NCBI GenBank assembly: GCA_035466595.1
Contig: DATIUV010000072.1
Coordinates: forward strand, 5,816 to 69,815
Source: Pelomicrobium sp.
GTDB lineage: Bacteria > Pseudomonadota > Gammaproteobacteria > Burkholderiales > UBA6910
Length of the DNA: 64,000 nucleotides
Direction: 5' to 3'
Every line of letters begins with the position of its first letter. The first letter of the stretch is position 1. A model generated the notes under the pieces. That model was given only the letters and a program-made list of their open reading frames with translations. It was not told the origin of the DNA and ran no database searches. A program made the translations under genes and the position numbers. This document shows, piece after piece, positions 35,407 through 43,768 of this stretch.

Positions 35407-35793
35407 CTACAAGCCGTGCACGAAATCCGTGATCAGGTCAATTTCCTTGTCCGTCAGGATTCCATGGACGCCGAACGGCGGCATGGACGTTTCCGGATTG
35501 TTGCGCATCGGGTCGGCGATCTGCTGGCGCAACTTGGCCCGGTCGGGAAACCGGGCCTTCATTGCGATCAGCGGTGGGCCGATGTTGGCCGCCGTGTAGT
35601 TCTTGGACGTGGGCGACAGCGTTTCCTGCAGCGTGGGAAACGAATGGCACGCCATGCAGTTGCCCTTGCGGTTGTTGAAGGCCAGGTCCTTGCCGGTAGG
35701 CTCCTTGGCGGTCTGGGCCGACGCGGCAGCCGAGATCGCCAAGAAACCCATGGCAATGGCAGGCCCCAGCCAGCGCTTGCGCGTTGGGGTCAT
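35407..35793 (-). CDS. soxX: SoxX monoheme cytochrome c, copy 1
   Basis: 128 aa with a signal peptide and RKGNCMACH...SMPPFG. Confidence 0.85.
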   Translation of the reverse strand: MTPTRKRWLGPAIAMGFLAISAAASAQTAKEPTGKDLAFNNRKGNCMACHSFPTLQETLSPTSKNYTAANIGPPLIAMKARFPDRAKLRQQIADPMRNNPETSMPPFGVHGILTDKEIDLITDFVHGL

Positions 35794-35867
35794 CGCTCCT
35801 CCTCGTGGTAGTTATCGTGAGCGGCGCTTATTCTGCCATGCAGCCGAATGTTGTAAATACGGGAGCG

Positions 35868-35903
35868 AAAAAATTGAAAAAGGGGCGGCCCAGAGGCCGC
35901 CCC
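35868..35903 (-). terminator. Intrinsic terminator after soxX-soxA-lipoprotein module 2
   Basis: Minus strand reads GGGGCGGCCtctgGGCCGCCCCTTTTTCAATTTTTT. Confidence 0.75.
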
Positions 35904-35935
35904 TTTTCCTGCCGAACCCGAAACCGCCGCACCCG

Positions 35936-36262
35936 TCAGTAGGTAGTCAGGGGATACTTCGTTTGCATAGCCCCGAGCTTGGCATGGTCACTCGCGATCT
36001 TGGCGTTCTTGAGCACGGCCGCATTGTCGCCCTTCTTCGCCGCCTCCTCGGCCTGCTTCAGTGCCTTGTCTGCCGTCGTCCACAGGGCGGCTTCCTTTTT
36101 CTTCGTTGCTGCGACCTCGGCACGGGCCTGTTCCAGGGCAGCACTCGCCTCGCTCGAGAGGCCAACCATCGGTTCCGCGGTGGGCTTGACCGTCGCCCCG
36201 CCCTCACACCCGGCCAGAACCACCGCGGCCAAGGCGGCGGCGGCCAGCATCTTCAAGTCCAT
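35936..36262 (-). CDS. 108-aa helical lipoprotein in the soxK position (paralog of 34136..34462)
   Basis: ATG after GAGGAGG. Has the lipobox VVLAGC. Its length and C-terminal motif are conserved with the paralog. Confidence 0.7.
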   Translation of the reverse strand: MDLKMLAAAALAAVVLAGCEGGATVKPTAEPMVGLSSEASAALEQARAEVAATKKKEAALWTTADKALKQAEEAAKKGDNAAVLKNAKIASDHAKLGAMQTKYPLTTY

Positions 36263-36311
36263 GGGTATCCTCCTCGTTATCCGTGACTGATTCCGCTTTT
36301 CCGGTCCCGCG

Positions 36312-37142
36312 TCACTTGCGGAACACGGAGGCCTGCATCTCGAGGCCGTTACTCAGGTAGCTGTGGAAGTATTCGAGGTCGTTGAACTCGGTGCTTCCGG
36401 GCTTGAGAGGCACCGCGCGAATCCGGCTCAGGCAGCCGCGATAACGGTCCTGCAGGGTCACGAGCCGGCTGCCGCCCCGGAATACCGGCCAATGGGTCGC
36501 CTGACCAATCGCCGGGGAAAGGTATTCCGTCCGCACGATCTGGCCCGCCCCCTGGATGTGGCAGCTCGCGCACGAAAAATTGAGCTGGCCATGGCGGGTG
36601 AAGAAGAACTTCTTACCCCGCTCGAACGCCTCCTGCGCGGCCGGCGACTGGACCTTGATGTTCATCTTCATGCCGTCCGACAGGGTCCGGGCGTAGGCGG
36701 TCAGCACCCCCATCGTCTTCATGTCGTTGTAGGCCAGCGGCGCCTCCCCGTTGGCCTCGCGGCAGGCGTTCAGGGCCATTTCGAAGGTGACGACCTTGCC
36801 GGCCTTGTCGTCGAAGTAGGGATAGTTCCCGGCCACCATCCTGCCGCCATTGGGGAAGCAGCCGGCGTAGGTCTTGCCGTTCTTGAACGGCATCTCCCAC
36901 ATTTTTTTGCCCTTCTCGATGTCGCTCACATAGGGCGGGAAGTCCATGATGGCCTCATACTGGCCCATCGAATCTTCGCTGAAGTTCAGCGCGCCATGGA
37001 CGTAGTCTTCGAGCTTGATCTCCGGGTAGCGCTTCTGGAAATACTGCAGCAGGGCCTGACGATCCTGTTCCGGAGCCGCGACGGCGGCGGCCGGTGCCAG
37101 AACCAAAGCCAGGGCGGCAAGAGCCGTTATCAGCCTTGTCAT
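36312..37142 (-). CDS. soxA: SoxA, monoheme type, copy 2
   Basis: 276 aa. Has LNFSCASCH and RYRGCLSR and is collinear with copy 1 throughout. Confidence 0.85.
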   Translation of the reverse strand: MTRLITALAALALVLAPAAAVAAPEQDRQALLQYFQKRYPEIKLEDYVHGALNFSEDSMGQYEAIMDFPPYVSDIEKGKKMWEMPFKNGKTYAGCFPNGGRMVAGNYPYFDDKAGKVVTFEMALNACREANGEAPLAYNDMKTMGVLTAYARTLSDGMKMNIKVQSPAAQEAFERGKKFFFTRHGQLNFSCASCHIQGAGQIVRTEYLSPAIGQATHWPVFRGGSRLVTLQDRYRGCLSRIRAVPLKPGSTEFNDLEYFHSYLSNGLEMQASVFRK

Positions 37143-37215
37143 TTCATGCCTCCTAATCGGTAACCGGGCCGAGGGAGCGCGGCGGCGTCGCCTCGTGCCA
37201 CAAGCGGTCGGTGGA

Positions 37216-37611
37216 TCACAGACCGTAGATGAAGTCGGTGATCAGATCGATTTCCTTTTCGGACAGGATCTGATGCTTGCCGAACGGCGGCATCAAAGTG
37301 TCCGGATTGGTCGTCATCGGATCCCAGATCTGGGCGCGGAGCTTGCCCTTGTCCGGGTACCGCTTGTTCATCGCGATGATCGGGGGACCGATCGTGGCGG
37401 CCGTGTAATTCTTGGAAACGGACGAGCGCGTGGTCGCCAGGGTCGGGAACTGGTGGCAGGCCAGGCAGTTGCCCTTGCGGCGGTCAAACGTCAGATCCTG
37501 GCCGGTAGGCTCCTTTGCCTTTTCAGCTGCTGAAACCGCAACAGGAGCCGATGCAACGGCCATCAAGGCGGCAACCCCGGCAGTGGCCAGGGCGAAACGG
37601 GAAGTTCGCAT
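37216..37611 (-). CDS. soxX: SoxX monoheme cytochrome c, copy 2
   Basis: 131 aa. Has RKGNCLACH...LMPPFG and is collinear with copy 1. Confidence 0.85.
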   Translation of the reverse strand: MRTSRFALATAGVAALMAVASAPVAVSAAEKAKEPTGQDLTFDRRKGNCLACHQFPTLATTRSSVSKNYTAATIGPPIIAMNKRYPDKGKLRAQIWDPMTTNPDTLMPPFGKHQILSEKEIDLITDFIYGL

Positions 37612-37698
37612 GGATGCTCCTCCAGGAGTCTGATATAAATGGATTTTTATTTATTTTTGTTCTTGTTCTTCAGAATCTAGCGGGTATGGCATCGGCGG

Positions 37699-37731
37699 GC
37701 CAATAAAAATCGTCTATTGGCGCATAGCCAA
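37699..37731. promoter_or_regulatory. Overlapping inverted repeats GCCAATA-N9-TATTGGC and TTGGC-N5-GCCAA upstream of sox module 2
   Basis: Read directly from the sequence, 88-120 nt upstream of the soxX copy 2 ATG and next to an AT-rich stretch (37630-37680). Confidence 0.4.
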
Positions 37732-37796
37732 AACTGATGGAGCGCCCAGGGCGCAGAGCCGATTTTTTCGCTTCCGCGCCGGCGGGAAGCCGGCGC

Positions 37797-38579
37797 TCAG
37801 TCCCGGACCATCGTCGCCGACAACGCGGCGTGGTCCGAAATTCGGGACCAGGGATTGCCGTGGTGGACGTGAGCGTGCCGGACGCGAAAACCCCGGACAT
37901 AAATGCGGTCGAGCCGAAGCACCGGCAGGGCGGAAGGGTAGCTGCGGGCGCACTGCCCGCGGGTCAGCTCAAATACCTCGCACAAGGCCAGTTCCTCGAC
38001 CAGGATGCGGCGCGCGTGACCCCGCCAGTCGTTGAAATCGCCGGCCACGATCAACGGCGCGTCGCGAGGAACCATGGCTTCGATGCGCTGGGCCAGAGCC
38101 TTCAGCTGCTTGCGCCGGCCGACGGCGAACAGGCCCAGGTGCACGCACACGCAATGGAGATTCGTGCTCCAGCCGGGAACCCTGACCTCGCAGTGCAGCA
38201 GCCCGCGGCGCTCAATCCGGTTCGTGGAGACATCCTCGTTCTCCCAGCTGACAATGGGATAGCGACTGAGGATGGCGTTGCCGTGGTGACCCTCGTCATA
38301 GACGGCGTTCTTGCCGTAAGCGAAATCGAGCCACACCGTGTCCGCGAGGAACTCGTACTGGGGTTGCCCGGGCCAGTTGTGAAAGCGCTCCGCATGACGG
38401 TCGTGGGCGCCCACCACCTCCTGCAGGAAGATCAGGTCGGCGCCGAGCGCGTGCAGCCGCTCCCGCAACTCGTGCACCACCATGCGCCGATTGAAGTGGG
38501 AGAAGCCCTTGTGAATGTTGTACGTGGCGACGTGCAGGATCTCGTTCATTTTTTTCGCGATTCTCTTAACACGCCGCAT
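37797..38579 (-). CDS. Endonuclease/exonuclease/phosphatase (EEP) family protein
   Basis: Has the N-terminal TYNIHKG, plus GDFNDW and the C-terminal SDHAAL. The start may instead be the ATG at 38549 (MNEILHV). Confidence 0.8.
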   Translation of the reverse strand: MRRVKRIAKKMNEILHVATYNIHKGFSHFNRRMVVHELRERLHALGADLIFLQEVVGAHDRHAERFHNWPGQPQYEFLADTVWLDFAYGKNAVYDEGHHGNAILSRYPIVSWENEDVSTNRIERRGLLHCEVRVPGWSTNLHCVCVHLGLFAVGRRKQLKALAQRIEAMVPRDAPLIVAGDFNDWRGHARRILVEELALCEVFELTRGQCARSYPSALPVLRLDRIYVRGFRVRHAHVHHGNPWSRISDHAALSATMVRD

Positions 38580-38618
38580 GCCAGCCGTCGATCGCCGGCT
38601 CTCCCTGCCCTGCCGTGG

Positions 38619-39122
38619 TCAGGAGAAACCCCCGCGCGCCTCGGCCCGTCGCATGATCTCCCCTTCGATGCCCTGCAACTGCGTGTCGACGTGCCGCCGC
38701 ACGAGCGCCGGTCCCACCGAAGCCGGCATCCAGAAAGCGGGCACTAGCTCCACCGAGTAGACCACCTTGGCGCCTTTCCCCAACGCTACGATCCGCCATT
38801 CGCCGCGCATTTCACGAACGTTGCCCTTCACTGCGGTGAACTGCAACCGCTCGATGGGATACTCGTCGACTCGCAGCGTCACCGCCACTTCCGCGCTGAA
38901 AACGCCGATCCGGGTCCGGCCGCGTTGCGCCAGCAGCCGCGGCTCGCCGGGCGCGCTCACCACGCGGCTTTCGATCAGATCAGGGACGAAATCGGCCAGC
39001 CGCTCGTAGTCGGTCAGGACCTCCCAGATCAGGGCCGGGGAAACGGGAAGCAGCAACTGGGCGTCGATCGGAGTCTCCCGCTCGGCCGCGGCACCGGCCC
39101 CGACCGGCGCGCGCACCCCCAA
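38619..39122 (-). CDS. SRPBCC (START/polyketide cyclase-like) family protein
   Basis: Has VLTDYERLADFVPDL and a beta-rich pattern typical of SRPBCC. The start is uncertain. Confidence 0.65.
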   Translation of the reverse strand: MGVRAPVGAGAAAERETPIDAQLLLPVSPALIWEVLTDYERLADFVPDLIESRVVSAPGEPRLLAQRGRTRIGVFSAEVAVTLRVDEYPIERLQFTAVKGNVREMRGEWRIVALGKGAKVVYSVELVPAFWMPASVGPALVRRHVDTQLQGIEGEIMRRAEARGGFS

Positions 39123-39127
39123 CGCTC

Positions 39128-40225
39128 TCAGGAAACCTCGAGCATGCGGTCAAGCGCCACCTTCGCGAGGCGGGCTTCGTCCGCGGGCACCTGGATACGA
39201 TTCACCACCTTGCCTTCGACCAGGTTTTCCAGCGTCCACGCCAGATGCTGCGGATCGATCCGGGCCATGGTCGAGCACATGCAGACCGTGGGCGCCATGA
39301 ATTGGATCTGCTTGCCCTGTGGCTTGAACTCCTCGGCGATGCGGTTCACCAGGTTGAGCTCGGTGCCGACCAGCCACCGCGTGTTCGGGGCGGCGTCCGC
39401 GATCGTCCTGATGATGAACTCCGTCGAGCCGACGTAATCGGAGAGCCGGCAGACGTCGAAATTGCACTCGGGGTGGGAAATGACGATGCCGTCCGGATGC
39501 TCCCCGCGCCAGCGCGTGATGTGCGCAGCCTGGAACATCTGGTGCACCGAGCAATGGCCTTTCCACAGCAGAATGCGCGCGTTGCGGATCTGCTCCGGGG
39601 TGAGTCCTCCCAGCGGCTCGTCGAAATCCCAGACCACCATCTGGTCCATCGGAATGCCCATCTGGTGTCCCGTCCACCGGCCGAGGTGCTGATCGGGGAA
39701 GAACAGCACTTTCTCGCGCCGCGCGAACGACCAGTCCAAAATCCTGCGGGCGTTGCTGGACGTGCAGACAATGCCGCCGTGCTCGCCGCAGAACGCCTTC
39801 AGGTCGGCGGCGGAATTGATGTAGGTAACCGGCGTGACGTGCTGGTCGGGATCCAGGATCTCGTTCAGCTCCCGCCAGGCGCGCTCCACCTTCGCGAGGT
39901 TGGCCATGTCCGCCATCGAACAGCCGGCGTTCAGATCCGGCAGAATTGAAACCTGGTCCGGACGGCTGAGGATGTCCGCCACCTCGGCCATGAAGTGCAC
40001 CCCGCAGAAGACGATGAACTCGGCGTCCGTCTGCGAGGCGAGCCGCGAGAGCTTGAGGGAATCCCCGGTAAGGTCCGCGTGCTTGTAGACGTCGGCGCGC
40101 TGGTAGTGGTGCCCCAGGATCACGGCGCGCTTGCCCAGCGCCGCCTTCGCCGCCAGGATGCGCGCCTCGCAGTCCTGGTCCGGCAGGCGGATGAATCGGT
40201 CGATCGCTACAGCGGCCGTTTGCAT
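39128..40225 (-). CDS. nadA: Quinolinate synthase
   Basis: 365 aa with GHHYQ...FCGVHFMAE...NAGCSMADM and the three conserved Cys regions. Confidence 0.9.
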   Translation of the reverse strand: MQTAAVAIDRFIRLPDQDCEARILAAKAALGKRAVILGHHYQRADVYKHADLTGDSLKLSRLASQTDAEFIVFCGVHFMAEVADILSRPDQVSILPDLNAGCSMADMANLAKVERAWRELNEILDPDQHVTPVTYINSAADLKAFCGEHGGIVCTSSNARRILDWSFARREKVLFFPDQHLGRWTGHQMGIPMDQMVVWDFDEPLGGLTPEQIRNARILLWKGHCSVHQMFQAAHITRWRGEHPDGIVISHPECNFDVCRLSDYVGSTEFIIRTIADAAPNTRWLVGTELNLVNRIAEEFKPQGKQIQFMAPTVCMCSTMARIDPQHLAWTLENLVEGKVVNRIQVPADEARLAKVALDRMLEVS

Positions 40226-40294
40226 CGGCTAAGCCCTCTCGGCGTCCAAGTCATTCATGTCTAAGTGAGGTCGCACTGGGACCCGTTCAAGGGT

Positions 40295-40741
40295 TCAGGG
40301 GTTCCGGCAGCGCTGCGGCAACATCAGGATAACGTCGCGATTGCTCCAGGAAAACACTTTCTCGGCCGCTTCCCGGTAGGGCAGCCACTGGAATCCGAGA
40401 TGCTCGTCCGGCGCCACCTGGATCGGCAGCGGCGCCGGCACCCGCAGCGCGAACACGTGTTCGGTGTTGCGCGTCACGCCCGGCGCGTACCGGCTGCGCC
40501 AGTGAGCGTAGATTTCGAACTCGTTGGTGAGCTGCCAGTCCTCCAGCGCATGGCGCTCCGGGTCGAGGCCGGTTTCCTCCCGCACCTCCCGGCGGGCGGT
40601 CTCCTCGAGCGTCTCCCCCGGATCCTGGCTGCCAGTCACCGACTGCCAGTAGCCGGGCCGATCGGCGCGCTCCAGCAAGAGTACTTGCAGGTCCGGCGTA
40701 TGGATCAGCACCAGAACCGAGACCGGGGTCTTGTACGCCAC
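40295..40741 (-). CDS. nudB: Dihydroneopterin triphosphate diphosphatase (Nudix)
   Basis: 148 aa with the Nudix box GSQDPGETLEETARREVREETG. It lies immediately downstream of aspS, as in many proteobacteria. Confidence 0.8.
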   Translation of the reverse strand: MAYKTPVSVLVLIHTPDLQVLLLERADRPGYWQSVTGSQDPGETLEETARREVREETGLDPERHALEDWQLTNEFEIYAHWRSRYAPGVTRNTEHVFALRVPAPLPIQVAPDEHLGFQWLPYREAAEKVFSWSNRDVILMLPQRCRNP

Positions 40742-40757
40742 CGGGAGCCGGATCCGT

Positions 40758-42539
40758 TCAGGCCTTGACCGGCTCCTGGCGCCGGACCCGGATGTGAAGC
40801 TCGCGCAGCTGCTTCTCGTCCACCGCGTTGGGCGCGGCGGTCAGCAGGCACTGGCCGCGCTGCGTCTTCGGGAAGGCGATCACGTCCCGGATCGAGGTGG
40901 CGCCGGTCATCAGCGCCGCCAGCCGGTCGAGGCCGAAAGCGATGCCGCCGTGCGGCGGCGCCCCGTACTGCAGCGCCTTCAGCAGAAAGCCGAATTTCTG
41001 CTCCGCCTGCTCCGGGCTGATGCCGAGCGCCCGGAACACCTTGGACTGCACGTCCTGACGATGGATACGCACCGAGCCGCCCCCAACCTCCCAGCCGTTC
41101 AGCACGACGTCGTACGCCTTCGAGCGCGCCTTGCCGGGATCGGACTCCAGCAGGTCTTCGTGTCCGTCCATCGGCGCCGTGAACGGATGGTGCAGGGCCG
41201 CCCAGCGTTTCTCCTCGTCGTCCCACTCGAACATGGGAAAATCGATTACCCACAGCGGGCGCCAGCCCGGCTGCACCAGCCCCCGGTCCTGGCCGACCTT
41301 GAGCCGCAGCGCGCCGAGCGCCTCGTTCACGACCTTGGCCCGGTCCGCGCCGAAGAAAATCAGATCGCCGTCGCCGGCCTGCGTGCGCTCGAGAATTGAC
41401 TTGACCACCTCCGGCGCGAGGAACTTCAGGATCGGGGACTGCAGGCCGTCGATGCCCTTTTCCAGTGCGTTGACCTTGACGTAGGCGAGGCCCTTGGCGC
41501 CGTAGACCTTCACGTATTCGGTGTAGTCGTCGATCTCCTTGCGCGAGAGCTGGCCGCCCTGAGGGACCTTGAGCGCCGCCACCCGGCCGTCGGCCAGGGT
41601 CGCAGCGTCGCGAAACACCTTGAAGTCCACGCTGCGCATGATGTCGGTCAGCTCGGTAAGCTCGAGCGGAATACGCAGGTCGGGCTTGTCCGAGCCGAAC
41701 CGCGCCATGGCCTCGTCGTAGGTGAGGCGCGGGAACGGATCCTCGAGGTCGACATCGAGGACGCTCTTGAACACGCTGCGCACCATCCCCTCCATCAGCG
41801 CGGTGATCTGCGCGACGTCGAGGAACGACGTTTCCACGTCCACCTGGGTGAACTCCGGCTGCCGGTCGGCGCGCAAGTCCTCGTCGCGGAAGCACTTGAC
41901 GATCTGGTAGTAGCGATCGAAGCCCGCCATCATCAGCAGCTGCTTGAACAGCTGCGGCGACTGAGGGAGCGCGTAGAACTCGCCCTCGTGCAGCCGGCTC
42001 GGCACGAGGAAATCGCGCGCGCCTTCCGGCGTCGAGCGTGTCAGCATCGGCGTCTCGATGTCGATGAAACCATGCTCGTCGAAGAAGCGCCGTACCGCCA
42101 TCGCCAGGCGATAACGCAGCTGCAGATTGCGTTGCATCTCCGGCCGGCGCAGGTCGAGCACGCGGTGCTCGAGCCGGACCTGCTCGCTGATGGAATCGTC
42201 GTCCATCAGGAATGGAGGCGTCAGCGACGGATTGAGCACCTCCACCGCGCGCGCCAGCACCTCCACCGCGCCGCTCGGGAGGTTGGGATTGACGGTGCCC
42301 TCGGGCCGCGGCCGCACCACGCCGCGCGCTCTAACGACGAATTCGTTGCGAAGCGTCTCGGCAACGCGAAACGCGTCAGCCTGGTCCGGATCGCAGACGA
42401 CCTGCACCAGGCCCTCGCGGTCCCGCAGGTCGATGAAAATGACGCCGCCATGATCGCGGCGACGATGGACCCAGCCGCACAGGGTGACCTCTTGTCCAAC
42501 GTGGCCGCGGCCGACTAGGCCGCAATAGATGGTTCGCAT
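40758..42539 (-). CDS. aspS: Aspartate--tRNA ligase
   Basis: 593 aa with class II synthetase motifs ([21 protein letters not shown]). Confidence 0.95.
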   Translation of the reverse strand: MRTIYCGLVGRGHVGQEVTLCGWVHRRRDHGGVIFIDLRDREGLVQVVCDPDQADAFRVAETLRNEFVVRARGVVRPRPEGTVNPNLPSGAVEVLARAVEVLNPSLTPPFLMDDDSISEQVRLEHRVLDLRRPEMQRNLQLRYRLAMAVRRFFDEHGFIDIETPMLTRSTPEGARDFLVPSRLHEGEFYALPQSPQLFKQLLMMAGFDRYYQIVKCFRDEDLRADRQPEFTQVDVETSFLDVAQITALMEGMVRSVFKSVLDVDLEDPFPRLTYDEAMARFGSDKPDLRIPLELTELTDIMRSVDFKVFRDAATLADGRVAALKVPQGGQLSRKEIDDYTEYVKVYGAKGLAYVKVNALEKGIDGLQSPILKFLAPEVVKSILERTQAGDGDLIFFGADRAKVVNEALGALRLKVGQDRGLVQPGWRPLWVIDFPMFEWDDEEKRWAALHHPFTAPMDGHEDLLESDPGKARSKAYDVVLNGWEVGGGSVRIHRQDVQSKVFRALGISPEQAEQKFGFLLKALQYGAPPHGGIAFGLDRLAALMTGATSIRDVIAFPKTQRGQCLLTAAPNAVDEKQLRELHIRVRRQEPVKA

Positions 42540-42601
42540 GGGATCGCTTGTCGCTTTTCTTGGTGAATTCGCTTCAGGCAGCCGGCGCCGGCCGCCGCAG
42601 G

Positions 42602-43255
42602 TCAGGCGACGCGCTGCTCGGGATGTGCCGGCGCGCGTTCAGGGATCGGATCAGGCGCCGGCAGCCGGCTCTCCGGCGCGACGACACCCATGGAGATGAT
42701 GTATTTCAGCGCGGCGTCGACGCTCATCTCCAGTTCGACGACGTCGCTCCGGGGCACCATGAGGAAGAAACCGGAGGTCGGGTTAGGCGTCGTCGGCACG
42801 TAAACGCTGATGTAGTCGCCATTCAGGTAATTGGCGATGTCGCCGCCCGGCTTGCCGGTCAGGAAGGCGATGGTCCAGGCACCCTGACGCGGGTACTGGA
42901 TCAGCAGCGCCTTGCGGAACGCCACGCCCTTGCTCGAGAACAGGGTGTCGCTCACCTGCTTGACGCTGTAATAGATCGACTTCACGACCGGAATGCGCGC
43001 CAGCAGGCCCTCCCAGTAACGGATCAGCCGCTCGCCGATGACGTTGGCGGCGAAGACGCCGGTCAGGAAGATCACCAGCAGGCTCAGCACGAAGCCAAGG
43101 CCGGGGATGCGGATGCCCAGCCACTTCTCGGGCCGCCAGGTCTCCGGCAGCAGCAAAAGGGTCTGATCCATGGTGCTGAACAGCAGGTCCAGCACCCAGA
43201 TCGTGATCCCCAGCGGCGCCCAGACCAGCAGTCCCGCGATCAGGTATTTCTTCAC
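42602..43255 (-). CDS. DUF502 domain membrane protein
   Basis: 217 aa with two N-terminal TM segments and the typical ...IPVVKSIY...[11 protein letters not shown]... pattern. Confidence 0.8.
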   Translation of the reverse strand: MKKYLIAGLLVWAPLGITIWVLDLLFSTMDQTLLLLPETWRPEKWLGIRIPGLGFVLSLLVIFLTGVFAANVIGERLIRYWEGLLARIPVVKSIYYSVKQVSDTLFSSKGVAFRKALLIQYPRQGAWTIAFLTGKPGGDIANYLNGDYISVYVPTTPNPTSGFFLMVPRSDVVELEMSVDAALKYIISMGVVAPESRLPAPDPIPERAPAHPEQRVA

Positions 43256-43530
43256 GCCTCGGCCTTCGGCGCACAGCCGCAGGCGCCGGCCGCACAGCCG
43301 TGCCCCCCGGCCGGCTTCTCCGCCGTGTCGCCTTTGGGCTTGCTTGCCCCGCCCTTGAAGTCAGTCGCGTACCAGCCCGAGCCCTTGAGCTGAAAGCCGG
43401 CTGCCGACAGTAGCTTGTGGAATGCATCCTGGCCGCACTCGGGGCAAGTTGTGAGCAAGGGCTCACCCACTTTCTGCAGAAACTCCTTTTGGAAACCGCA
43501 GGATTCGCAACGGTATTCGTAGATCGGCAT
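43252..43530 (-). CDS. FmdB family zinc-ribbon protein
   Basis: Begins MPIYEYRCESCG...CPECG, followed by a Gly/Cys-rich tail. Confidence 0.85.
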   Translation of the reverse strand: MPIYEYRCESCGFQKEFLQKVGEPLLTTCPECGQDAFHKLLSAAGFQLKGSGWYATDFKGGASKPKGDTAEKPAGGHGCAAGACGCAPKAEA

Positions 43531-43768
43531 CGACTCTCTCCCGAAGAAGAAAACGCATTATACCTGAGACAGTTACAGCTCGATCGGATATTGGGGCAGC
43601 GGTTGCCCAAGGCAATCCCCCTGCCGGGGTCCCGGAGACTCGCCGGTGCCGCGGCGGGTACAATTCGGGCACGATCAACGGCCCCGGCGATCCGGCCGGA
43701 TTAACCCGCCGGGGCGCCGCCCCAACGCCCCTGGCTGCGGCCGGGGCGGACAGAATCAGGACAACCGC

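Noticed and set aside
35820-35850. Possible second sigma-54 promoter upstream of soxX copy 1 (minus strand TGGCAGAATAAGCGC)
   Set aside because: The GG and GC spacing is right, but the -12 element reads GCGC instead of TTGC. That is too weak to call without data.
37797-37840. Hairpin GCGCCGGC-ttcc-cGCCGGCGC right after the EEP gene stop as a terminator
   Set aside because: On the transcribed (minus) strand it is followed by GGAAGCGAAAAAA, not a U tract. It could be a Rho-independent-like stabiliser, but that is not supportable.
43592-43606. Sigma-54-like element TGGGGCagcggTTGC upstream of the MaoC-Pta gene
   Set aside because: There are two mismatches in the -24 box, and it sits about 160 nt from the start codon. 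In GC-rich DNA such partial matches arise by chance.
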